The position numbers were made by a program, and so were the translations under genes. Below the pieces are notes generated by a model. It was not told the DNA's origin. It was given only the letters and a program-made list of their open reading frames with translations, and did not search any database. Below are positions 51,901 through 60,310 of a DNA stretch of 64,000 nt, in pieces (position 1 is the stretch's first letter; every line of letters starts with the position of its first letter). The stretch comes from Laetmonice hystrix (Eukaryota), in contig OZ249445.1 of NCBI GenBank assembly GCA_965235115.1, forward strand, positions 4,278,001 through 4,342,000, read 5' to 3'.

Positions 51901-53278
51901 TCCTCTATCTCATCCACCAGAACTAATAGACCTCTCCTATAGGACAAAATCTGTTTACACTAGGATGCAATTTTAATTGGAATGTTTATGTTTACGTCAT
52001 AATTGGGCCTACATGTTAAATTGTTTCCAGAATGATTCACGCAGTTGACTGGTATCCGACCTTGTTGTCACTTGCTGGAGGATATCCAGGTTAGGAGTGT
52101 GGCGTGATGTTGTTCTTGTTCACTAGACTGGGGACTTGGCGCTCCCCCTGCGCAAATAGGGTCTAAATCATCCGCAGTTGTTGGCATTTGTTTTAGAGAT
52201 AAATATAAATGACGCAATTATAAGGATTTACAGCTACGTTACCATAAAAGTACATTTTTGTACCAATAACGTAGAGAAGTTGAGGCTAGACTTTGCTGGT
52301 TGCAGGGAGCCGAGTCGATGGGGTAAATCAATTAGATATGTTGATGAAGGCAGGACGGTCGGCCAGGAATGAGTTTGTGTATAACATCAACGAGGTGAAC
52401 GGCAGGTCGGCACTCAGGTAGGGGGTAACATTCAGACTGACGTCACTTGACACTGTTCACCTCCACCCCCCCGTTTTGTCAGCTTTCCCTCTGGGACACC
52501 CTCCAGCTCGTCTTTCCCAACCCCTGCATCAGCCTGAGAAAGCACTGATATAGGCCTGTATTCCCTAGAAATAACAAATTCAATTAAGCCTACTGACTTA
52601 TAGACCTACAAATGTCAAGTAAAGAGTATCCTTCTGAAATGTTTGTGCTATACTCAGGAACGGCCCGTACAAGTTGATCTTGGGGAACGCCGGCCCTTAC
52701 AACGAATGGTATCCCGCCCCGACGTGGTGGGACACACCATGGGACGCCAGGCGCTGGAAGAGTCTGGCGTCCACACCAGGGCGGCGCCACACAAAGGACA
52801 CAATGCTCTTCAATCTGATTGGTGAGTCCCACTCGCACCATTCCGCACGTCAACCTCTTCATTTACAATGTATACAATAAATTCTATAACTATGTATAAT
52901 TATTATGACATTTTTTAAACATTTAGAAAAATGCACATATAAAAGATCTAAAAGGATGGAGGGTTGCTGGAGAAGGTATAGATCTGATGATTCCAGAAAA
53001 TAGCAGAAAAGGAAAAGCGGAAAATATGTCCTTTCTCCAGCTAGGGTTTTTGTAAGCCTGACAGTAAATGTGCGTGCCCATCATCATTAAGTCTGTTTCT
53101 TGCAGATGACCCACAGGAGATGTTTAACTTAGCCAACAAGAAGCCGATGATGGTGAAGAAGCTGAAAGCAAAACTTCGGCAGTACAGAAAGGAACTGGTA
53201 CCGGCGTTTAATCCAAGAAAGGTCCGTAAAGCCAATCCCAAGTTCTGGAATGGGTTTTGGTCACCTGGATGGTGTTAA
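33991..53278 (+). CDS. Arylsulfatase of the ARSB/ARSI/ARSJ type, 13 exons, about 486 aa
   Basis: Exons 33991-34099, 46402-46513, 48599-48650, 49897-50000, 50349-50461, 50702-50763, 51026-51127, 51322-51385, 51527-51624, 51749-51885, 52031-52089, 52306-52417, 52658-52821, 53106-53278 (14 segments if the last is counted separately); all phases join. Motifs [24 protein letters not shown] (formylglycine Cys), [43 protein letters not shown], end GFWSPGWC*. The exon 1-2 join crosses an N gap. Confidence 0.9.
34141..34364 (-). repeat. 3' LTR (224 bp)
   Basis: tgtaccgccc...gatcgtcaca, identical to 41345-41568. Confidence 0.95.
34617..40802 (-). CDS. BEL/Pao Gag-Pol polyprotein, 2061 aa
   Basis: Gag ([14 protein letters not shown]), Cys-His knuckles ([41 protein letters not shown]), protease LLDTQSD, RT ([31 protein letters not shown]), RNase H (FSDAS, IPRLEL, WTDS), integrase HHCC plus D (MDCFGP), D (SDQGTNF), E (GFWERQIR), C-terminal [10 protein letters not shown]. 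The order PR-RT-RH-IN and these motifs indicate BEL/Pao. Confidence 0.97.
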   Translation of the reverse strand: MSNRSHSVEGEQEGEARAQLPKSDADVGNIPNPKTNPDHVQVMEQEGEARAQLPKPDADVGNIPNPETNPDHVQVMEHQGQVSRLEPQPPQEDGVRRSNRERKLTEKAQQNLDEEISRRTRTVNSAYERWRETASKTRKCLLSPLTLGHLSEMQIILNQRHSEVLKSYEELRILVAPTKEVVMKVDNCAEISEALGQTLTTRRLEDPEEFDFKHEREQTRDMKHAHPSIFGESASEQQSCPSSAGTGRSSVYSLRVRAEAELAEERERLKALEEEQVQKVKLLHLQTKLEEGKMRLESMQAQANVKAAEARSKVLEEACDEGSMETREGRLRRDTPSNMNPLAPSFQPATPRHSPIHPDVQPIPQVTNFVDEVPHVDQGEPHFGTPPQPRGDITMLARLFSESIAASRLPPAKPTVFSGDPLGFVEWKLTFDALVEGKGLSASEKMYYLREYLTGQARKAIEGFFYHDSEGAYYEAWRVLEERFGDVFLIKEAYRDKIAKWPKVGAKDVYGLRDFSDFLFATSSAIPHIPGLEILSDCEENRKILEKLPEWLVTRWNRVVVGKMEKTQSYPNFHTFVQFLKGEARVVCNPVCSPYLLKSLDKGGKVSTRETKGRSLATDGVEEANIFVVKGESRAREPSQVKVSTQPVGSRQSAQASGKLDTTPKSPCMFCQDINHAVAACAKFAGREMPEKREFIRSNHLCFGCLRKGHFSSDCRRRHTCKTCKGRHPTCLHEERKRGEVKETGPAGPQAISHSVKRLPVTSSIVPVWLSHVGQPDEECLVYALLDTQSDTTFVLDEVSQMLCHGGTPVKLKLSTMTSTGTEVNCKRLEGLQVRGMRSEIRVGLPTVYTRDYIPVDKSHIPTCHTTSQWPHLRHIAHEVPPLQSCEVGLLIGYDCPRALTPREVIGGSESEPFAQKTDLGWSVVGMSNPCLDRQSGICHRISTREAPVISPREVINALESDFVENEYVTEKKVSQQDILFVKIMSEQARQRGDGHVEMPLPVKSPTISMPNNRRMAEIRLEHLRRKFKGNASYAADYRAFMADVLEKGEAERVTNEGAVGRVNYIPHHGVYHPKRPNKFRVVFDCSARQQGVSLNDCLLKGPELNNPLVGVLCRFRKHPVAFVGDIERMFHQFLVRPEDRDLLRFLWWEDGNIDSEPQVYRMRVHLFGAGSSPACAIYGLKYIANKYDTDYPQAAEFIRNNFYVDDGLVSVRTVEDGICLVREAQELCRKGGVHLHKFVSNSQELMASIASSERAAVKDLDLEDGHMERALGVQWSLDSDTLTFSVSPQERPPTRRGILAMVASVYDPLGFVAPFILVGKRILQEMCRRKVGWDDTLPADLQPEWEAWKSSLKELINIRIPRCFCPNLVDDTVVIELHHFSDASVVGYGTCSYLRFVTEEGVYCSLVFGKARVAPTKVVTIPRLELTAATVAVKISVMLGRELQYEQLVEHFWTDSRVVLAYIQNEGRKFHTFVANRVEIIRSQTEVSQWHYVPSEFNPADISSRGQAVEELNRSCWFNGPTFLQEQELRFFEEPVLGIDLGDPEVRVHSLLTTGSEASHPLLTRLERFSSWKLVCKVVARLVRRATGGSHSEMSTVEERRKAEMLLVRVLQQQEFKEEKAMLSQPPGLPRKNRLANLDPVLVDGVLRVGGRLRKTTSPLCVKHPAILPKGAHITNLILAHYHEQTNHSGKGMTLNTLRANGYWVLGGAKTVSSAIFWCVECRKKRRPLEEQRMADLPEERIEPTPPFTHTGMDCFGPIVVKEGRREVKRYGLIFTCKCSRAVHLEVIDDMTTDCFINGLRCLIAIRGPVSTLHSDQGTNFIGAAGELAEAFKELDPERVEGFLADQQCTFTFNPPHASHCGGFWERQIRTVRSILTTLLKEAAGRLDTSTLRTLLYEVMSIVNSRPLTTDTLNDPTALEPLTPNHILTMKSKVAMPPPGSFVRQDLYIKKRWRKVQFLCEQFWSRWKKEYLSSIQLRSKWHKTRRNVKVGDIVLVCTEEVGRNRWPLGRVVQTTASDDGLVRRVKVRMPAVLDKAGKRTGQPTVLERPVQKVTVLLEAE
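41345..41568 (-). repeat. 5' LTR (224 bp)
   Basis: Identical to 34141-34364; ATTAAA poly(A)-like signal on the sense strand. Confidence 0.95.
43860..44180 (-). pseudogene. Degenerate Tc1/mariner-like transposase C-terminal fragment
   Basis: Minus-strand [26 protein letters not shown] resembles the Tc1 C-terminus (I..L..SM..R...VI...G..T.Y), with stops and frameshifts. Recognition from memory only. Confidence 0.4.
45360..45665. repeat. About 70-bp tandem repeat, about 4 copies with internal deletions
   Basis: Unit catggactacaatagtgttcaccgacttgagggcgcggacacagagccaggcacacatggatgtatgctt. Confidence 0.85.
46083..46301. other. Assembly gap (219 N)
   Basis: Run of N, ending 100 bp before arylsulfatase exon 2. 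Confidence 1.
46545..46775. repeat. Degenerate short tandem repeat rich in TGACGT/ACGTCA
   Basis: Recurrent ttaccattattacgtca(a/t)tgacgt units right after arylsulfatase exon 2. Confidence 0.6.
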
Positions 53279-53419
53279 CATCCAACACATCGGCTGCATT
53301 ATGGGAGGATTGGCCATATAATAGGGACAAGTTACAAACATGGCAGCATATCGGTTTCCTGACAATGCAACCTAGTGATATAGACTGGCCTACGAATTAC
53401 CATCCTTTACTGGTTTACA

Positions 53420-53542
53420 TTTTTGAGGGGCAGGGTACTATACATCATAATCCTGAATGATTTTTGAGGGGCAGGGTACATCATAATCCTGAATGATTTT
53501 TGAGGGGCAGGGTACATCATAATCCTGAATGATTTTTGAGGG
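53420..53542. repeat. 36-bp tandem repeat x3 downstream of the arylsulfatase stop
   Basis: tttttgaggggcagggtacatcataatcctgaatga repeated with no spacers. Confidence 0.9.
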
Positions 53543-55238
53543 AGGAGGTGCCGTCCTCCGTCAAAACGTTCCTTCGTCTCAGTGCGTGGATGACTGGATA
53601 CATGTTCTATATCATTGGTCCGTACGAAGTAGTAGGTATGCCACCCTCTATATGAAGATATGGTCAAAGCGTCAACGATGCAGAAGTCGTCACCTAAGAT
53701 ACACCACTACAGGGCATAGGGTATACCTGAGGCAAACATTAGCAATGCAATCTTGTATTAAACATATAATATATTATTTCAGAAGGTTACGATTTCTGTG
53801 ATCTTCTTTACATAATGATGTTCAAACAAAATCAGACGTACTCAAGCTACGCATTTTCTTGAGCAGCTAGGGCTTACACCAAAGATCTCACATAGAAAAC
53901 ATTCATATCTCTATGTAGGATTTGCGTACCAGCTTTGGTGGCTGAATGAGCACAAAATGCAACAATGAATGTGGGGAAATCGTCCTCGGCGTTGCAGCAA
54001 CATACATTAGCGAAATCAATGCAAACTCTGACACTTTGTATGGTAATACGTGTCTTTATTATATTAAATGGACCGATTCGGAATTTACCGAAATAAAAAG
54101 GCGAGAATAAAAGAAGAGGTCTTGTTCCTAGTATACACTGGAGGTTTCCACTTTTCGTCTTTATATCGATAGAAGCATGAACTGAAGCCGATATGTCGTA
54201 GAACAAACTACAGCGTTCAGTGTTGCTGAAGAAGCCGTGCCGTGCCGTGCAGCCACAACAGTTATATTCATACACGACATTCTTGAGTACATTTTTAGTT
54301 GGTCGTATCGAAGCTAGGCATATTCCGATGAGCAACATGTAAATTTTTTTTTTTTATTTTTTTTTGGAATGTTATCGATTTTTGAGCCTGAACCGTTTCA
54401 AACATACCACGTGGTGGTATTGTTAAGTTATAGAATAAGTAAATTCGAGTATCGGATACTAATTGGACTTTAACACCTCACAATAAACAGAACAATGATT
54501 ATCACAACCACAGAATTCATATATGACATCAGACTGCACCTGTTTTCAAAGGATTACAAATATATACAACTGGAATACGATGAGAGACATTGACTGGTAC
54601 GGTAACCGACATTTGTCAATGAGCCACATCAATGTATCTCGCCCACACAATTATATGTCCACCACTTTATGTACAATTGCCCTTTCATCACATTCCCCTT
54701 TGAGTCTAGTAGTGCGACAACACTTGGTTACAAGCAGACCTTTTATAAAACATGTTACTGTCCCCTTTCCTACCCACTTCACTTCTAATTCTGTTCTCAG
54801 TTACAACACTTTTAGAATTCACCTACCCTTCTTTTTTATACATAGATCTGTAATACTAAATTATTTGTCAGTAGATACATCTAAGACAATACTACAACAC
54901 ACGCATACATCTATACCAAAGCATATACATGACTTCATACAAAGATATTTGATACACCCATAAGTACCCGTGCACTCCTCTATACCCACCCGTACAAAGT
55001 TAGATATAAGACCCGTTGTGCATTTATCAGTTCAATAAGCTAGAAGTCACTGATGTCTTGTCATAATGTGTCTTTTACACTAGCTTATTGTTTATTATGC
55101 TATTGCCGGGGCATTTTTCAGAAGAAAAGATGGGCATGATGTAAGTAAAGGTTATCGTGTCCATCAGTACAAGCCCCTCGATTAAAAAATGTATTTTTAT
55201 TATTCCTATATGAGAGGAATCTATTGGTCGTAATACAA

Positions 55239-56912
55239 TCAATACAAGAACCTGTCGGTCATGATGGCTTGCCGGGCTGACGGCATGAAGCCAAGGGCCG
55301 CGTCCAGCGCGTACATCCGGGACAGCTCGTTTCCAAGGCGACGTTTAGTGAGTCCCTTGGACGGGTGAGAGCGCATGCTCAGTATGTGGTACGGATAGAC
55401 CTTACGTCCCATGAAATGTACGTCCGTCACAAGTTCATCCCCTCGGCTAGTTTTCACTGTGTTCAGTTCGAGTTTGTGTGTGGTCTTACGCCACGCCCGT
55501 ATTCTATACTTTAAGGTGTCTACCACTGGACCCAATGGTTGGTCACTGCCGCCATCCCAAGCGGCCGTGGCGAAAACCTTGAATGGCATTCGGGAAAACG
55601 GCCGCCCATTGATGTCATCCAGGAAAAAGAAAGAATAAGCCAAGGCGTTGAATCCGTACGGTTCCTGCGAAATCTGAATAAAGGCGTCCCGCAACGTGAT
55701 GTTCCAGGCCGGGATATTTTTCAAGGTGAGCAGCTCGTGGGCGTCCTGGATAAAGAACCAGTCGCCATGATTATAGAAACCTCTCTTAAAAACATTGTTA
55801 ATGATTTTAGTAAGGTCTTCAGGACCCGAGGCCGACAACTGGTCGATGACAACTCGACCAGCGATCGGAATATTGAGTTCCATGTTATTGCCCACTCTGA
55901 TCAGCACAACATGGAGCCGTTGTGCTAACATGATTTGAAGGTTGTATTCAACAATTGTTCTGTTCGTGCCTGGGTACACTATTAGAAACGCTGTCACTTT
56001 AATCCCAATATTAGCTTGGGTAGTCTTCCCTTCACTCCACATGCGTCTGATGTTCTTATTGCCGATAACTGTCAACTGATTTGGGAAGGGGTTGTCCTTC
56101 GGTAAGAAGCCTTTGTTGCAGCCCTCATACTTGTTACATATCCATCCGCTGAACATGACAGCAAATCCGTTCTCAGTCAATAACCGGTCCATCTCCTTCA
56201 CGGTCCATTCCCTGACGTGGCGCGGGTTGAGGGGAGGCCCACTGAGAGGCTGGGTCTTACCGAACACCCGGGCCGACCGCTCGCGATCCGGGGAGCTCAA
56301 CACCAGGGCCATGGCGTACCGCGCCATGTAGTTCAACAACTTTATGTAACAGTAGAAAGGGTCGATTAGATGTTCAATGACATCCGCTGATATTACAACA
56401 GCCTGGAACAAAACCTCCTTTGGGATCTTCACGTAGCATTTCTTCCCACGGTCTAAATTGGTTTCCATGAAGGTTAAGTGTGGATAGGCAGCCTTTGCCC
56501 TCTGGTAGTTTCCGCCGTTGTCGATGCCTATAACAATGAACTCTCCGGCAAGCTTGGCGAGCTTGCTGGCGCTGCCACAGCCAACGTCTATAATATACCT
56601 GGCGTTGTACCTCCTGGCCAGCTCGGCGGCCAGGTAATACGTAACCGGTTGGTAATCGTTCACCTTTCGGTCCAGGTAAACCTTGGGCTTCAGGCGGTGT
56701 TTGTAGGCGGGGAAAGAGATGAAGAAGTTTTCATGGAGTGGGTTGGTGGTGTTGATTTTATACATGAAATCTTCACCAGTGACAATCAGGTCATCGTCAG
56801 CGAACGGGTCGTGGGAGGTGGGCGAGTAGAGGTGACCTGTCAAGGTCAGCAGAAATATGGTGGTCGCCAGATAGATGATGATTGACTTCCATGGCCGCAT
56901 GGCAGACACCAT
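55239..56912 (-). CDS. Type II membrane protein: signal anchor, class I SAM-dependent methyltransferase and GT-A/GT2-like domain (557 aa from this ATG)
   Basis: TM SIIIYLATTIFLLTLTGHLY; SAM motif IIDVGCGS, VIGID, SADVIEHL, GPPLNPRHVREW; second domain KVTAFLIVY..HVVLI..DWFFIQDAHELL. Splice acceptor ttgttaccctcag with a CTAAC branch point lies 6 nt before the ATG. Confidence 0.85.
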   Translation of the reverse strand: MVSAMRPWKSIIIYLATTIFLLTLTGHLYSPTSHDPFADDDLIVTGEDFMYKINTTNPLHENFFISFPAYKHRLKPKVYLDRKVNDYQPVTYYLAAELARRYNARYIIDVGCGSASKLAKLAGEFIVIGIDNGGNYQRAKAAYPHLTFMETNLDRGKKCYVKIPKEVLFQAVVISADVIEHLIDPFYCYIKLLNYMARYAMALVLSSPDRERSARVFGKTQPLSGPPLNPRHVREWTVKEMDRLLTENGFAVMFSGWICNKYEGCNKGFLPKDNPFPNQLTVIGNKNIRRMWSEGKTTQANIGIKVTAFLIVYPGTNRTIVEYNLQIMLAQRLHVVLIRVGNNMELNIPIAGRVVIDQLSASGPEDLTKIINNVFKRGFYNHGDWFFIQDAHELLTLKNIPAWNITLRDAFIQISQEPYGFNALAYSFFFLDDINGRPFSRMPFKVFATAAWDGGSDQPLGPVVDTLKYRIRAWRKTTHKLELNTVKTSRGDELVTDVHFMGRKVYPYHILSMRSHPSKGLTKRRLGNELSRMYALDAALGFMPSARQAIMTDRFLY

Positions 56913-57297
56913 TCTGATCTGAGGGTAACAAAGACGGCCGTTCAGTTAGCGGGTTGACATGATATCAGCTAGCCTAGGCTATACCTTCCCAGCGCATTGA
57001 TAGCCTGCCAAAATAGGAGGGATACGTTTATGGGTATATACTTACTATATACATGTATAGTGATCAAGCGACTTAAAAACATAAATTGAGAGACTGACGA
57101 TGGAATTTACACCCAGAGTCATATAGCCATAGCAGGCCTCATGTTGTAGTAGGCCGTACTTTGGTGAACGATTCATAATGAAGTTGAAGTTAATTTTTCT
57201 TCTGGTAGCCTTGTGCTGACCTGAACTAGGTCGAATTCGATCCACCCTTTGGAAATCCTGGGGGCGTGGATATAGATTGTGTGGCGCCTATACTCAC

Positions 57298-57411
57298 ATA
57301 GTGGGAGAGACGTCGTCGTCGTTTGTAGTAGCAGGGTGGGATTACCCCTGCGAGCGGGCTGATCACCTTCACGGGCACTGCACGCGCTGAGCTCCGCTGG
57401 TGCGCCTGCAT
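57298..57411 (-). CDS. Probable upstream coding exon of the methyltransferase/GT gene
   Basis: MQAHQ..PCYYKRRRRLSHY ends at a strong donor (at|gtgagt, phase 0) and joins in frame to the acceptor at 56918 (atc aga ATG). Confidence 0.6.
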
Positions 57412-57521
57412 AGGCCAAGCTCTGTCAGCCGCCGCTACCTGAACATCAACAACAACTGGTTATGACCAGGTTCAAAGGGAAGGCGATCTGTTAGACCATA
57501 TACAAGAAGGATAGGCCTAGT

Positions 57522-57719
57522 CAGTGGCGGATCCAGGAGTAGAAGTTGGGGGGGGGGGGGGGGGGGGGGGGGGGCGGCGGTGGGTCTTGCAGTGTGCAGT
57601 GGTTCTAGAAACGGCTCACGCTAACTCATCTGAGAAGCATAATAAAGTGTATTTTAGGTGGGGCCAGTGCCCAGTGGGGGGCGGGGGTATGCCCATTACG
57701 CCCCCTGGATCCGCCACTG
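57522..57719. mobile_element. MITE-like element with perfect 16-bp inverted ends
   Basis: cagtggcggatccagg ... cctggatccgccactg; same family as 19205-19287. Confidence 0.7.
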
Positions 57720-59351
57720 GCACTGTAGGCCCTACAATTAAACAGGCTATAGGCCTACATGGTCTGGGCTAATGATATCCTATTCGATATAGGCCTATCT
57801 TTCCCGTGCACCCTGCCCCTGGCCCGCCCTTGCCTTGGGCTTGGACCTTGTCCTTGCCACCAGTCCACTGACCACTGTCCTGCTGCTACCCCCGTTCTAG
57901 AGATCTGCCTGATGGCATATTTCTTTAATAATAATAATAGGTCAGAGTGCTGATAGACTACCTATAGGTAGGCTATAGTAGTTTGTCTCGAGACTGAGAT
58001 CTCACGGCACAGAATCAGTGCAGATTGGTGGAGGTTTCCGATCCTGCCACGACGCATACATACCTCTATTATCGCTCACTGTGTTGACATTCTAGCTCCC
58101 GCTCCGTCACGCTTTGATCTCTTAGATATTGATCGTCTGTTGGCTGATTAAACTTCACAGATCCGAAATGAGTCTCTGCCCACTTCCTAGACAAACTCCT
58201 TATTGGTCATATTATATGCCCGCCTAGCGGACTGAAAGCCTCACGCAGTCGGCAGTCGGCTAGGAGATGGGCGTTGCCACTCTTCGGTAAACTTCACCTG
58301 TTCGGGTGCTCGCCGCTTGTTGGCGCCGCTGCGCGGCCCCGGGACCACGGCACTGGCGTCGGGACCGTATACTGGGCGGGCCTGAGGGGGTATCATTATG
58401 GTTGGGTCACTCTGCTCGCGGTACAGGTGCACTAAGATTCATGACCTTGCCTTTTGATCAGCCGGCCACCTCTTTCTCAGTTCGAGAGTGCTGGGCCTAG
58501 CCTGGTTATAATAATGGCCTACAGTACAGTTGAGGCCTACACTATAGGCTACAGTAGGCCTAATTAATCTTGCGCCCAACTGGCCAACCAGATAGGGCCT
58601 ATCACATTTTGCTCACGTATCGCACCGCGAAACGCGATACAAAATGCGGTAGGCCAATTATAGAACGTCCTAGTTTTTGACATCTCAAATAAAAAGTATT
58701 GTAGGCCAAACTTTAAAGCATGATCATATTTTATTTATACCATAGAGTCTAGGCCTACATAGATCTACATGTAATAATTATTTTGAATTTAAAAAAGCTA
58801 CACAATATTAGCCTATTCATTCTATTGTTAGGGCCTAATCAATTTCTGAATTGATTGTCAGTCTAAGTCTAATCAAAATTTCCAAAAGTAATATTTAAAT
58901 AGGCATACATTTACCCCCCCCCCCTTAGCTACGGCCTATAGTAGGCCTACTAGGCCTAGTCTAGGGCTAGGTAACCTATAATTAGGCCTAATAGTAGTCT
59001 GTGCTCTATCCAAATTAGCCTACTTTTAGCTTTAAGTAGGCCTATGAAAGTATGATTGTAGTTTGTTTGCCCCGCGGTGTATATCGAGCACGTGTGAATA
59101 CCTGCACGTCGAGTTTCCAGGTTCATGAAAATCATGAAAATTGTGTCTGCATTCCCAACATTCAAAGTAAAGTGTGCCACGACCAAGCACGCAGCTCGGC
59201 ATGTGCAGTGAAAGGTCTGCCTTGTTCACGGAGACCCCAAATACTCTGCAGCATCCAGCACACTAGGTCACTGTACCGTTTGCCGACTTTATTGTAAACA
59301 GGAGCGAGGGGACTGTGCCGAGTCAGTAGGGGGCAGCTAGCGGCAGCTGCG

Positions 59352-59397
59352 TTTCGAAATCTAGACGATTCCCGTGCATAGCAGACGTTTCCCGAAA
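59352..59397. promoter_or_regulatory. Two imperfect heat-shock elements upstream of the sHSP 5'-UTR exon
   Basis: aATCtaGACgaTTCc and aGACgtTTCccGAAa (alternating nGAAn units, 1-2 mismatches). A 5'-UTR exon donor cat|gtaagt is at 59669 and an acceptor at 61596/61599 just before the sHSP ATG. Confidence 0.45.
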
Positions 59398-60018
59398 TGC
59401 TATAGGCCTACACAGTAGGCTAATAAACTTGGCAGGCGCACAACAGTCATTGCTCGCTTGACAAGTCTAGGTGTGGATCTCGGACAGGGGTTCATCTTGC
59501 CGTTGTTCACCTTGATGAGAGATAACTGCGCGTGAACCTTTACAGCCGTGCGGTACTGTGTGAAACTGATTTAGTGAAGATAGTGCACAAGGAAAGCACC
59601 GGTAGCTCGGAGTCGTCCTACACAGTCAACAGCGAGCTCACTTCCCAACATCTAGGCCTACTAGATCATGTAAGTGGAGATCTTAACTTTTAGTTTCACA
59701 CAAAACCTACTATGCCTACATTTTTAAAAATTTAATCTAAGCCTTAGCTACTGTTCTAGAGTTATTATATTCACCATGTTTCACGGGTGTTGCCATGATT
59801 TTCTGCGGCTGAGGGCCGGGGAGGGGGCAGTGGCAGTGGCACGCTTTTGAGTAGCCTAATATTGGTGTTGTATAATGAAAGTTCAATCTTTACGGGGTAA
59901 GTTGGTTTGGTGGGGGTGAGGGGGGGGGGGGCATGCAATTAGCCCCCTTCGGCCTACCCTGGCTACACACGTGCTTACCTGGGGCCGGAGACGGCGAAGA
60001 TTAGCCTATGTCAAGACT

Positions 60019-60310
60019 GCCCCAGGACTTCTGCCTCCCCTAGGGCATCTGCCCCCCAGACATTCGCCCCCCGGACATTAGCCCCTGTAGGACTTTTTCC
60101 TCCTAGGACATCTGCCCCCTAGACATTCACCCCCCCCCCCTCCTAACATTAGCCCCGTAGGACTTTTGCCCCGGCCCCAGACATTAACCCCCATAGGACT
60201 TTTGCCCCCCTAGGACATCTGCCCCCTAGGACATCTGCCCCCCAGACATTCACCCCCCCCCCAGATATTAGCCCCCGTAGGACTTTTGCCCCCTAGGACA
60301 TCTGCACATC
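60019..60310. repeat. Degenerate GGAC(A/T)..(C)n tandem repeats, probably the interior of a non-autonomous DNA element
   Basis: Repeated ggacatctgccccc, ggacttttgcccc and gacattagcccc units in the sHSP first intron. Confidence 0.65.

Noticed and set aside
53420-53542. 36-bp repeat of CRISPR-like length
   Set aside because: No spacers, eukaryotic context, no cas genes.
53874-54338. 154-aa ORF with NVVYEYNCCGC, faintly like a Penelope GIY-YIG start
   Set aside because: The YIG part does not align and no RT remnant is nearby; at most a decayed fragment.
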